From the IMG/VR virus record IMGVR_UViG_2061766007_002077: a stretch of 25,896 nucleotides of DNA. One strand, written 5' to 3'. Made by a program: the position numbers and the translations under genes. This document shows, piece after piece, positions 17,429 to 24,635 of this stretch; position 1 is the stretch's first letter, and every line of letters begins with the position of its first letter. A model generated the notes under the pieces. The model was not told where the DNA came from. It did no database searches and saw nothing but the letters and a program-made list of their open reading frames with translations. The stretch is from an uncultured virus (IMG/VR IMGVR_UViG_2061766007_002077). Taxonomy: Duplodnaviria > Heunggongvirae > Uroviricota > Caudoviricetes.

Positions 17429-17503
17429 AAATAACGAGGTTATTAAAATATTTTAAGTGAAGTTAAAAGGTTCAATTCCACTAATTATAGTGGAGAATAA
17501 TTT

Positions 17504-18379
17504 ATGATTTGTAAGAGTTGTGGTAAAGAGTTTTTTGAAGATTGGAGAAAGGATAGCAAAATTAGAAAGACTCCTTGTAGATTTTGTTGTATTGAATGCT
17601 CACATTCACGGAGTTTATCTAAGGAAACAAAAGAGAAAATAAGCAAATCCCTTTTGAAATATCATTCTCCTAATCCTAAAAGGAACAGATACTTTTATGA
17701 TAAAGATACAGAATTAGGAAGATTTGAACGTTCCCAGGCTTATTCTAAAAAATCACCTAACTTAATTAAAGTTGGATTTAATTTCGAAGGTTCTTTGGAA
17801 AAGGAATATCAAAGAATAAAAACTCAGCTTTTCAATGATTATATCATTGAAGAAAAATCCACTTTGGAAATAAATTTAAAATATTCTTTTAAGTCCTCAA
17901 GAACAGGCTATGATATATTGAAGCTTTTTAATATTGAAAGAAGAGATTTATCAGAATCATTAAGATTGGCTTTAAAGAATAATAAGGTTCAAATTCCAGG
18001 TGCATCTGATTATCATCAAGGATGGTATATAGATTGGAGAGGGAATAGTCATTTTCTCCGTTCTCAATTAGAGTTTGATTTAGCTGAAAAACTTGATTCA
18101 AATAAAGAAGAATATTTAACTGAAGTTCCCATAACTTATTTTTCCATTAAGGAAAATAAGGTAAAAATAGGTTTACCTGATTTTTATTTACCAAATAAGA
18201 AATTGTTTATAGAAACAAAGGGTGAATACTTTTTGGATAGAGAAGACCTACTTGATAGAAGTAAAGTCATAAATGAAATGGGGTGTGATTTTAAAGTTTT
18301 AGTTGGTAATCATAAAAATGAAATTATAGAAGAAATAAATTGGGCTGTTGGCAGAAAAGTTGATGCACCGGTCTCTTAA
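17504..18379 (+). CDS. Free-standing homing-endonuclease-like protein (Zn finger/NUMOD3-like N-term, PD-(D/E)XK C-term)
   Basis: CxxC..CCxxC, SKETKEKIS, RSxLE, PDFYLP..FIETKG; visibly more AT-rich than neighbouring genes. Confidence 0.8.
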   Translation: MICKSCGKEFFEDWRKDSKIRKTPCRFCCIECSHSRSLSKETKEKISKSLLKYHSPNPKRNRYFYDKDTELGRFERSQAYSKKSPNLIKVGFNFEGSLEKEYQRIKTQLFNDYIIEEKSTLEINLKYSFKSSRTGYDILKLFNIERRDLSESLRLALKNNKVQIPGASDYHQGWYIDWRGNSHFLRSQLEFDLAEKLDSNKEEYLTEVPITYFSIKENKVKIGLPDFYLPNKKLFIETKGEYFLDREDLLDRSKVINEMGCDFKVLVGNHKNEIIEEINWAVGRKVDAPVS

Positions 18380-18414
18380 ACCGGATTAAGTAGGAGCGTT
18401 ACCTACACGGCTCA
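18342..18414 (+). tRNA. tRNA-Lys(CTT)
   Basis: GGGCTGT/ACGGCTC; CCGGT-CT CTT AA-ACCGG; atypical T loop AGCGTTA. Confidence 0.85.
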
Positions 18415-18422
18415 AAGAAATA

Positions 18423-18494
18423 GACTTCATCATCTAATGGATAGGATATATGGCTACGAACCATAAAATCAGGGTTCAAGTNNNNNNNNNNNNN
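18423..18494 (+). tRNA. tRNA-Arg(ACG), 3' end masked
   Basis: TATGG-CT ACG AA-CCATA; CAGGG-TTCAAGT. Confidence 0.85.
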
Positions 18495-18584
18495 NNNNNN
18501 NNNNNNNNNNACTTGTATTCTTGTTACATAACTTCAGTCATTGGGAGCTGAACATACTTTTTCTTATACAGTTGTGCATTTTAT

Positions 18585-18657
18585 GGGCTGTTCGTATAAT
18601 GGCTTATTACACTGGCTTTGCAAGCCAGGAATAGGAGTTCAATTCTCCTACGGTCCA
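18585..18657 (+). tRNA. tRNA-Ala(TGC)
   Basis: G3-U70 pair; CTGGC-TT TGC AA-GCCAG. Confidence 0.93.
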
Positions 18658-18704
18658 ATAAAGGTAAGGTAGGCCACCTTACTGAGGAGGTTGCAAACTC
18701 CTGT

Positions 18705-18799
18705 TATTCAGTTGGTGAATGGGTTCATGCCGCCCGACGATAGTTGCCAAGCTTCGACAATAGGGCGGAGAAGAAGGGTTCAACTCCATCACTGGATAG
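18705..18799 (+). ncRNA. tRNA-like RNA with greatly extended anticodon arm
   Basis: TATTCAGT/ACTGGATA, GTGAA-TGGG-TTCAT, CCGCCC-27 nt-GGGCGG, TTCAACT loop. Confidence 0.6.
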
Positions 18800-18992
18800 A
18801 CTTAGGATAATGACCCAGCCAGTCATAGGTTCTTGATTGTAGAATTAGGACACTGGCCAGATGTTGCAGTATCTGGCTATACCTTGAATTTGAGAAGAAA
18901 GAATCAGTAGGGTCCGTACCAGTTTTGTAAAACCTACCTGCTCCTGCAAGAGCAGGAAAGGGCCTGGCGTATTATATTAATTGTAGGAGGAA

Positions 18993-19856
18993 TTGAAGAT
19001 GAATACTCTTAATGAAAAACTCAGAAACAGTGATTACATCAAGTTCGTGAAGATGTTTGAATCCGAAGACCCAATTTATTGTTTCAGTGGTATCTCAGCT
19101 TGTAGGGGTTTGTCTAAGGAGAATCCTACCAAGAAAGATATTGACGATAATAATTCAAGGAACAATAAGGCCACAGAGCTCCTTGAGCGTCAGATTGATG
19201 CTGCTGGACTCTCATTCATGGAAATGGAAGGGGTCTATGAGGAATATGAGGCCGGTATTGTCTATGAAAAGAGTTTCCTTGTCTATTCCACAGACGAGGA
19301 GAAGCTGAGAAAGGTTATGGAGACTCTTGGAAGGGCCTTCAATCAGGATTCAGTTCTTTTNNNNNNNNNNNNNNNNNNNNNNNNNNNNNNNNNNNNNNNN
19401 NNNNNNNNNNNNNNNNNNNNNCAGAAATCCCTTGAAACAATGTTCTCAAGACTTGGAACAAGGAAGTCCGGAAGAAGATTCCAGCTTAACAGTATCAAAG
19501 AGAAGTCATTTGCTGACAACTTCATGACCAAGCTTATGTATTACACANNNNNNNNNNNNNNNNNNNNNNNNNNNNNNNNNNNNNNNNNNNNNNNNNNNNN
19601 NNNNNNNNNNNNNNNNNNNNNNNNNNNNNNNNNNNNNNNNNNNNNNNNNNNNNNNNNNNNNNNNNNNNNNNNNNNNNNNNNNNNNNNNNNNNNNNNNNNN
19701 NNNNNNNNNNNNNNNNNNNNNNNNNNNNNNNNNNNNNNNNNNNNNNNNNNNNNNNNNNNNNNNNNNNNNNNNNNNNNNNNNNNNNNNNNNNNNNNNNNNN
19801 NNNNNNNNNNNNNNNNNNNNNNNNNNNNNNNNNNNNNNNNNNNNNNNNNNNCTTAA
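18993..19856 (+). CDS. Putative S-adenosylmethionine lyase (T3 SAMase-like); true 3' end masked, likely shorter
   Basis: ISACR..NNSR..EGVYEE..YEKS..NQDSVL collinear with T3 gp0.3 motifs as recalled; AGGAGG SD. Confidence 0.6.
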   Translation: MKMNTLNEKLRNSDYIKFVKMFESEDPIYCFSGISACRGLSKENPTKKDIDDNNSRNNKATELLERQIDAAGLSFMEMEGVYEEYEAGIVYEKSFLVYSTDEEKLRKVMETLGRAFNQDSVLXXXXXXXXXXXXXXXXXXXXXQKSLETMFSRLGTRKSGRRFQLNSIKEKSFADNFMTKLMYYTXXXXXXXXXXXXXXXXXXXXXXXXXXXXXXXXXXXXXXXXXXXXXXXXXXXXXXXXXXXXXXXXXXXXXXXXXXXXXXXXXXXXXXXXXXXXXXXXXXXXXX

Positions 19857-19866
19857 AGGGGAGTAT

Positions 19867-20196
19867 ATGTCCAAAATTGTAGGTTTCACATATCTCAGCA
19901 CTTTCAGACCTGGTGGTTCAAGCGGTACAGGATATTCAGAGCCTGATTTCTATGATGTTGAAATTGAGCTCTCTNNNNNNNNNNNNNNNNNNNNNNNNNN
20001 NGACCTGTGGTACAGACCCTCAGACTTGGTTTATGAGCAGTATAGAGAAGGAATCAATCCTCTCATTCGTAAGTATGAGATAACAAACTATGATGATGCT
20101 TTTTCTTTGTTCTTCAAGGAGGCAGTTTCCAAATGTGGATATCACTACAAATGGGAAGATGTCAAGGCAGGACAGGAAGAATATAGAGAAAATTAA
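19867..20196 (+). CDS. Hypothetical protein
   Basis: GGGGAG SD; 109 aa. Confidence 0.7.
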   Translation: MSKIVGFTYLSTFRPGGSSGTGYSEPDFYDVEIELSXXXXXXXXXDLWYRPSDLVYEQYREGINPLIRKYEITNYDDAFSLFFKEAVSKCGYHYKWEDVKAGQEEYREN

Positions 20197-20269
20197 GTAG
20201 AAATAAGACAGTCTAAAAATTTCTAATCGTTGTGGGTGCTCCGTAAAGGAGANNNNNNNNNNNNNNNNN

Positions 20270-20635
20270 GTTAATGGTATTGAAATTCCCAAGTTAAAGG
20301 GTGGGTATCTTACAGGTTTTAGAACTGTAAGATTCGGTGATGATGATGGTGAGAATTGGGCAATTGATTGCTTTCTTGGTGGTTCTGACCTTTCAGTAGG
20401 TGATAGTGTCAAGTTCTCAGTTTTACCTGATAAGAAGGATGAGATTAGTTATCATGGGTATCTTTGTGTATCTGCTAATGAGGATTCCAATGGATATGTC
20501 ATATATGAGTTCTATAGAGCTCCGATATCTGATATGAATGTAGAGGTCAAGCCTTATTCTACTTTGTATGGAAGAACAAAGGAGAAGTTTATAGTTGGTG
20601 AGACCTATATGTTCGATTACAAGAAGTTGAAATAA
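20270..20635 (+). CDS. Hypothetical protein missed by the ORF track (start in N gap after AAGGAGA)
   Basis: Open frame VNGIEIPKLKGGYLTGFRTVRFGDDDGENW...MFDYKKLK-TAA. Confidence 0.75.
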   Translation, partial: VNGIEIPKLKGGYLTGFRTVRFGDDDGENWAIDCFLGGSDLSVGDSVKFSVLPDKKDEISYHGYLCVSANEDSNGYVIYEFYRAPISDMNVEVKPYSTLYGRTKEKFIVGETYMFDYKKLK

Positions 20636-20667
20636 GATAGTCTTTTTAGACTGTCTTTATTTATTTG
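20634..20667 (+). terminator. Intrinsic terminator
   Basis: AAGATAGTCT-TTTT-AGACTGTCTT + T-rich tail. Confidence 0.7.
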
Positions 20668-20701
20668 TTCGTCCACGGAACTGGCTGTGGAGTAAATTGT
20701 A

Positions 20702-20919
20702 GCTGGAAATCGAGCCTCCTGAGAGGGCAACGTTAGACCATGTGACCGCCGCTTGATGCGATACCCGAAAGGGAGAGGTCTTAATCATAGGATGGCATGG
20801 GAATCNNNNNNNNNNGCTGGAAATCGAGCCTTCTGAGAGGGCAACGTTAGACCATGTGACCACCGCTTTATGCGATACCCGAAAGGGAGAGGTCTTAATC
20901 ATAGGATGGCATGGGAATC
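20702..20919 (+). repeat. Two near-identical ~104-nt copies of a structured element separated by a 10-N gap
   Basis: 20702-20805 and 20816-20919 differ at 3 positions. Confidence 0.85.
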
Positions 20920-20927
20920 TCAGAAAT

Positions 20928-20999
20928 GGGACTTGTGGTGTAAAGGTAGCACGAGAGTCTGTGGAACTTTTGGTATTGGTTCGATTCCAATCTGGCCCC
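20928..20999 (+). tRNA. tRNA-His(GTG)
   Basis: G-1/C73; AGAGT-CT GTG GA-ACTTT; two acceptor mismatches. Confidence 0.85.
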
Positions 21000-21008
21000 C
21001 TAGTAAAT

Positions 21009-21099
21009 AGGCCTTTAGTATAATGGTGTCCGGATTAAAGCATAAGCAGTACGCGGAAGTGTCTAAACCGAGGTAGAGGTTCGATTCCTCTAGGGTCTG
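21009..21099 (+). ncRNA. Atypical tRNA with 27-nt D loop (GTC anticodon register)
   Basis: AGGCCTT/AGGGTCT, GTAT/GTAC D stem, AGAGG-TTCGATT-CCTCT; 3-bp anticodon stem. Confidence 0.65.
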
Positions 21100-21105
21100 T
21101 AAAAT

Positions 21106-21177
21106 GTCACATTAGTATAACGGCTATTATAATAGACTGCCAGTCTGAGGATAAGGGTTCAACTCCCTTATGTGGCT
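21106..21177 (+). tRNA. tRNA-Gly(GCC)
   Basis: GTCACAT/ATGTGGC, U73; loop CT GCC AG. Confidence 0.85.
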
Positions 21178-21183
21178 CAATAA

Positions 21184-21255
21184 GCGGGATTCGTATAACA
21201 GCTAGTATATGGGTCCTCCAAACCTAAGGCGAGAGGGCGGCACTCTCATCCCGCA
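21184..21255 (+). tRNA. tRNA-Gly(TCC)
   Basis: GCGGGAT/ATCCCGC; TGGGT-CC TCC AA-ACCTA; T loop GGCGGCA. Confidence 0.82.
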
Positions 21256-21271
21256 AATTCATTTCAGACTA

Positions 21272-21300
21272 TTGACATTTTTTCCGATATCTGTTATCAT
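21272..21300 (+). promoter_or_regulatory. sigma70-type promoter with extended -10
   Basis: TTGACA-N17 (TGn)-TATCAT. Confidence 0.8.
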
Positions 21301-21323
21301 GAAGATATAAAGGAGAAGAAAAG

Positions 21324-21566
21324 ATGAATCCTGAGACTATTAACGTATCTGTCGCGCAGCCGTTCGCAATCAACGCCACATATCTTCCTGAGAGGTTCAC
21401 TGTCATAGGAGCTCTCAGAAAGAGGGATAATGACTACGTTGTAATTGGAATGGAGAACAATGAGACATATTGTTCTTGGCTCTATAATCCTAATTGTGGA
21501 TTCATATATGGTCATTATAGACTGACAGAGGAAGAGGCTCTGAAGGAACTTATTACAAGGGGTTGA
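21324..21566 (+). CDS. Hypothetical protein
   Basis: AAGGAG SD after the promoter. Confidence 0.7.
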   Translation: MNPETINVSVAQPFAINATYLPERFTVIGALRKRDNDYVVIGMENNETYCSWLYNPNCGFIYGHYRLTEEEALKELITRG

Positions 21567-21570
21567 CTTT

Positions 21571-21783
21571 ATGACCTATACACAGTACAAGGTAGAGAAG
21601 GTTGACAATCCTGGTACATATCAGGTCTGTTGGTTGGACAGAGACTTGAAGATAGGAAGTAAGGTCACTTTCAGGGGTGATAACACTTGGTACAGAGTCA
21701 GAGAGAAATATGGTAGCATAGATTCCTCTGAACTGGAACTGAACAGAAATGTGACTTGGTATTCCATATCTAAGTCACAGTGA
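21571..21783 (+). CDS. Hypothetical protein
   Basis: 70-aa ORF in the same operon. Confidence 0.65.
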   Translation: MTYTQYKVEKVDNPGTYQVCWLDRDLKIGSKVTFRGDNTWYRVREKYGSIDSSELELNRNVTWYSISKSQ

Positions 21784-21786
21784 TTT

Positions 21787-21859
21787 GCCTGTGTAGCTCA
21801 ATTGGCAGAGCAGCTGACTTGTAATCAGCAGGTTGGGGGTTCGATTCCCTTCGCAGGCT
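21787..21859 (+). tRNA. tRNA-Thr(TGT)
   Basis: Canonical cloverleaf; GCTGA-CT TGT AA-TCAGC. Confidence 0.95.
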
Positions 21860-22025
21860 TAATTTCCTGGATTAGTCCAGAGAAGTGCTTCGGACATTCA
21901 GCACTATAATCTATGTCCTATAAGGAGATTTCAATGAGAGACATTGAATCTGTTCCTAAGATACTGAGCCTGTGACAGATTAAAGGTTTTCCTATCTGTT
22001 ACAGGTGGTATTTTAGGAGAACAAA

Positions 22026-22331
22026 ATGAAGAGAACAAGAGAGTATCGCAGGTCTGTGGCAGAGACTCACATTGCCAAGAAGAAGCAGATTTCAAAGCAT
22101 ATCTACTTTTTTGATTGGTATGACAATGACAATCAGTACTCCAAGAACAAGGTATTTTGTTCCTGTGGTATGTGCAGAGGTTATGAAATGTATCTTGATG
22201 AACTTGATTTGAGGTCATTTCAGAGTGCTGTTGATAGTCAGTGTGAAGAAGTTGATGAAAAGCTCAAGGTAAGAGTTCCAAATAGGTTTATCTATAAGAG
22301 AAATCATCATTACTCTCATGGATGGAAATAA
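22026..22331 (+). CDS. Small basic protein with CSCxMC motif
   Basis: AGGAG SD; basic N-terminus, CSCGMC. Confidence 0.75.
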   Translation: MKRTREYRRSVAETHIAKKKQISKHIYFFDWYDNDNQYSKNKVFCSCGMCRGYEMYLDELDLRSFQSAVDSQCEEVDEKLKVRVPNRFIYKRNHHYSHGWK

Positions 22332-22381
22332 GGGTGGTTGGGAGAGTTGGTCGAATCCACTCCCCTGCTAAGGGAGCAAAC
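22332..22381 (+). tRNA. Partial duplicate tRNA-Ser(GCT), truncated by gap
   Basis: Identical to the first 50 nt of 22478-22566. Confidence 0.5.
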
Positions 22382-22477
22382 NNNNNNNNNNAAGTTGGAG
22401 TAAGTCTCTCAGTGAGAATTCCTAACAGATTTGTTCATTTTAGAAGTAGAAGACATTCACATGGATGGAAGTGAGAT

Positions 22478-22566
22478 GGGTGGTTGGGAGAGTTGGTCGA
22501 ATCCACTCCCCTGCTAAGGGAGCAAACTCCAAAAGGGTTTCGCTGGTTCGAATCCAGCACCACCCG
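22478..22566 (+). tRNA. tRNA-Ser(GCT)
   Basis: CTCCC-CT GCT AA-GGGAG; long variable arm; G73. Confidence 0.95.
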
Positions 22567-22773
22567 CTTTTAGCTTACCTACCTGGTGTAGGTGGAGTAC
22601 GGACAATGGGTAAGACACTCATTGTTGGCATATGAGTATCATTTGGGATAGGCTGATAACGAGGCCTGCCTTCCCTGAATGATTACTGTCTTGGGAAAGG
22701 TAACTGGCAGAAGAGTTCTATCTGAGCTCTGTTCCGGATAATCTGTCTAGTTACCGAGTACCTTTTTATCCTA

Positions 22774-22802
22774 TTGACAACAATCCCCTAATATGTTATC
22801 CT
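22774..22802 (+). promoter_or_regulatory. sigma70-type promoter with extended -10
   Basis: TTGACA-N17 (TGn)-TATCCT. Confidence 0.75.
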
Positions 22803-22825
22803 CTATATGTAAAGGAAAGAAAATC

Positions 22826-23131
22826 ATGAAGAAGGTATTTACTTTTTATGGATGGCGTTATGAGCCCGAAGATGAAGATTTGACCCTAAATTGTAATGAC
22901 AAGGTTGATATCCTTGACCTTACATCGGAATCAGCGTTGTTCAAGGTCAATGGTGAGAAGTATGAAATCAAGAGAGAGGACAGCACATTCAAGTTGTATT
23001 GGGATGATGTCTGTATAAACAAGGCCATTGCATGTAATCCCAAGCTTCCTTATTTTGATAAGGAGAAAGATGAAGATAAAGAGAGGTTTCTTGAATATAT
23101 CACCAGTATTGGTCTTATATTATATACATAA
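22826..23131 (+). CDS. Hypothetical protein
   Basis: AAGGA SD and ATG 22826 after the promoter. Confidence 0.7.
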   Translation: MKKVFTFYGWRYEPEDEDLTLNCNDKVDILDLTSESALFKVNGEKYEIKREDSTFKLYWDDVCINKAIACNPKLPYFDKEKDEDKERFLEYITSIGLILYT

Positions 23132-23138
23132 AGGAAAT

Positions 23139-23212
23139 GAGGGTGTAGCTCAACTGGACAGAGCCACGGATTTCTAATCCGTTTGTTGGGAGTTCAAGTC
23201 TCTCCATCCTCG
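23139..23212 (+). tRNA. tRNA-Arg(TCT)
   Basis: ACGGA-TT TCT AA-TCCGT. Confidence 0.94.
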
Positions 23213-23219
23213 TAAAAAT

Positions 23220-23290
23220 TGGGATGTAGTGTAATGGTAACACAAGGGTTTTTGGTGCCCTACTTGAAGGTTCGACTCCTCCCATCCCAG
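23220..23290 (+). tRNA. tRNA-Gln(TTG)
   Basis: TGGGATG/CATCCCA; AGGGT-TT TTG GT-GCCCT. Confidence 0.93.
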
Positions 23291-23298
23291 TATTTTAG

Positions 23299-23369
23299 GG
23301 GCCGTTAGCACAACAGAAGTGCAACAGACTTTTAATCTGTGAATATAGGTGCGACTCCTATACGGCTCA
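23299..23369 (+). tRNA. tRNA-Lys(TTT)
   Basis: ACAGA-CT TTT AA-TCTGT; variant D and T loops. Confidence 0.9.
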
Positions 23370-23384
23370 TATAGGAGATATTCT

Positions 23385-23606
23385 ATGTCATATTCAAGTG
23401 AGAAATCTGTAAAGGTATTCGGTGGTATCGGTTTTCTTGATGCTCTGACCCTTCTGTTCATTGCATTGAAACTCTGTAAGGTCATTGACTGGTCATGGTG
23501 GTGGGTTCTCGCTCCTTTCTGGGGTCAGTTTNNNNNNNNNNNNNNNNNNNNNNTTATTGCCTTGATTTTCTATATAGTGGCCTGTATAATTAATAGAATA
23601 TCCTGA
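23385..23606 (+). CDS. Phage small membrane protein (LKLxxxIDWSWWWVLAP family)
   Basis: GGIGF..LLFIALKL..IDWSWWWVLAPFW motif; AGGAG SD. Confidence 0.8.
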   Translation: MSYSSEKSVKVFGGIGFLDALTLLFIALKLCKVIDWSWWWVLAPFWGQFXXXXXXXXIALIFYIVACIINRIS

Positions 23607-23616
23607 GGGTATCTGA

Positions 23617-23924
23617 ATGGATAAAATCTGCAATACTTGTATGTACCATTTCAATGGTAGAGAAGATTTCTGGAAGGCTCAGAGTCTGGATGAACTTAAA
23701 AAATCTCCTTGTTGGGGTTGTAAGTTCATCTTTGATGATGATAACTACAATGAGATTTTAAAAAGATGCCCCTTCTGTGGTGGTGAAGCTCATTTTATCC
23801 ATGATGATGGGGGAGACTCCGGTGATGAAACCTATTCTGTGGAATGTGATGATTGCTCCTGTGATATAGGTTGGTACAATANNNNNNNNNNNNNNNNNNN
23901 NCCTGGAACAGGAGAAGCAGATGA
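23617..23924 (+). CDS. Lar-family restriction-alleviation-like zinc-ribbon protein
   Basis: LKRCPFCGGEA...VECDDC; the typical WNRR terminus appears in a shifted frame after the N gap (stop 23922-23924). Confidence 0.7.
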
Positions 23925-24121
23925 AGTTCAAGAAAGGTGATTTGGTTGTCCTTAATGACAAATACTTTGAGTATTATGACCATATAGGTGAAATCTATAC
24001 CTGTATAAGTGACTCTTGGATTACTGGTTCAGGTNNNNNNNNNNNNNNNNNNNNNNNNNNNNNNNNNNNNNNNNNNNNNNNNNATGGTCTTGAACCTTAT
24101 ATTGAAATCACAGAGAATTGA
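23921..24121 (+). CDS. Small hypothetical protein (MKFKKGDLV, SH3/KOW-like start)
   Basis: AGGAG SD; FKxGDxV motif. Confidence 0.65.
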   Translation: MKFKKGDLVVLNDKYFEYYDHIGEIYTCISDSWITGSGXXXXXXXXXXXXXXXXXGLEPYIEITEN

Positions 24122-24148
24122 TTAAGTGAAGCTTAAACAGTATGGAAT

Positions 24149-24220
24149 GATTCCATAGTTTAATGGATAGAATAAGAGTTTCCTAAACTTTTGGTCAAGG
24201 TTCGATTCCTTGTGGAATCA
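24149..24220 (+). tRNA. tRNA-Arg(CCT)
   Basis: GATTCCA/TGGAATC; AGAGT-TT CCT AA-ACTTT. Confidence 0.92.
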
Positions 24221-24231
24221 TAGGGATAAAG

Positions 24232-24546
24232 ATGGTTATATTGACGAAAGAGAAATTTGATAAACTTGCAGAGATTGAGGGATGGACACCGGAATCTGTA
24301 GCTGAGGAAAGTAAGAACTGGATAGAAGACCCTATTTATGTTTGGGGTGGTCATGATGAAAATGTAGCTATGAATTACCTTAAACAGAAAGGATACAAGT
24401 GGCAAGGTGGTAAAGAATTGGAGAGGTTTTCTCCCGGTTGGACCTGGGGATATCCTGCAGTATTGTTCATAGAAACAGGAGGTTTCATATCATATTCTCC
24501 AGTGGAATATGGTAGTGAAACAGATGAAGAACCTTCATTTGACTGA
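24232..24546 (+). CDS. Hypothetical protein
   Basis: 104-aa ORF between tRNAs. Confidence 0.65.
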   Translation: MVILTKEKFDKLAEIEGWTPESVAEESKNWIEDPIYVWGGHDENVAMNYLKQKGYKWQGGKELERFSPGWTWGYPAVLFIETGGFISYSPVEYGSETDEEPSFD

Positions 24547-24550
24547 TAAT

Positions 24551-24623
24551 GGCTCCATCGTCTAATTGGTCAGGACGCAAGATTCTCAATCTTGAAACAG
24601 GAGTTCAAATCTCCTTGGAGCTA
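24551..24623 (+). tRNA. tRNA-Glu(CTC)
   Basis: CAAGA-TT CTC AA-TCTTG. Confidence 0.92.
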
Positions 24624-24635
24624 AAATATTTAATT

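Noticed and set aside
18705..18799. tmRNA or tRNA-Sec
   Set aside because: No G3-U70 Ala acceptor or tag ORF; no UCA anticodon or long variable arm.
20702..20919. Possible CRISPR or true tandem repeat
   Set aside because: Only two ~104-nt units around a 10-N gap, with no repeat-spacer pattern.
3046..21099. Stop-codon recoding (TAG read-through) suggested by the CTA register at 21009-21099
   Set aside because: Genes are intact in the standard code, TAG ends ORFs directly before the next start (3048, 10894), and the CTA register lacks a proper stem.
22260..22530. Apparent tandem duplication of the CSCxMC gene end (..RIPNRF..HSHGWK) plus tRNA-Ser
   Set aside because: The copies flank a 10-N scaffold gap and the first tRNA is truncated at it; most likely two strain alleles joined by the assembler.
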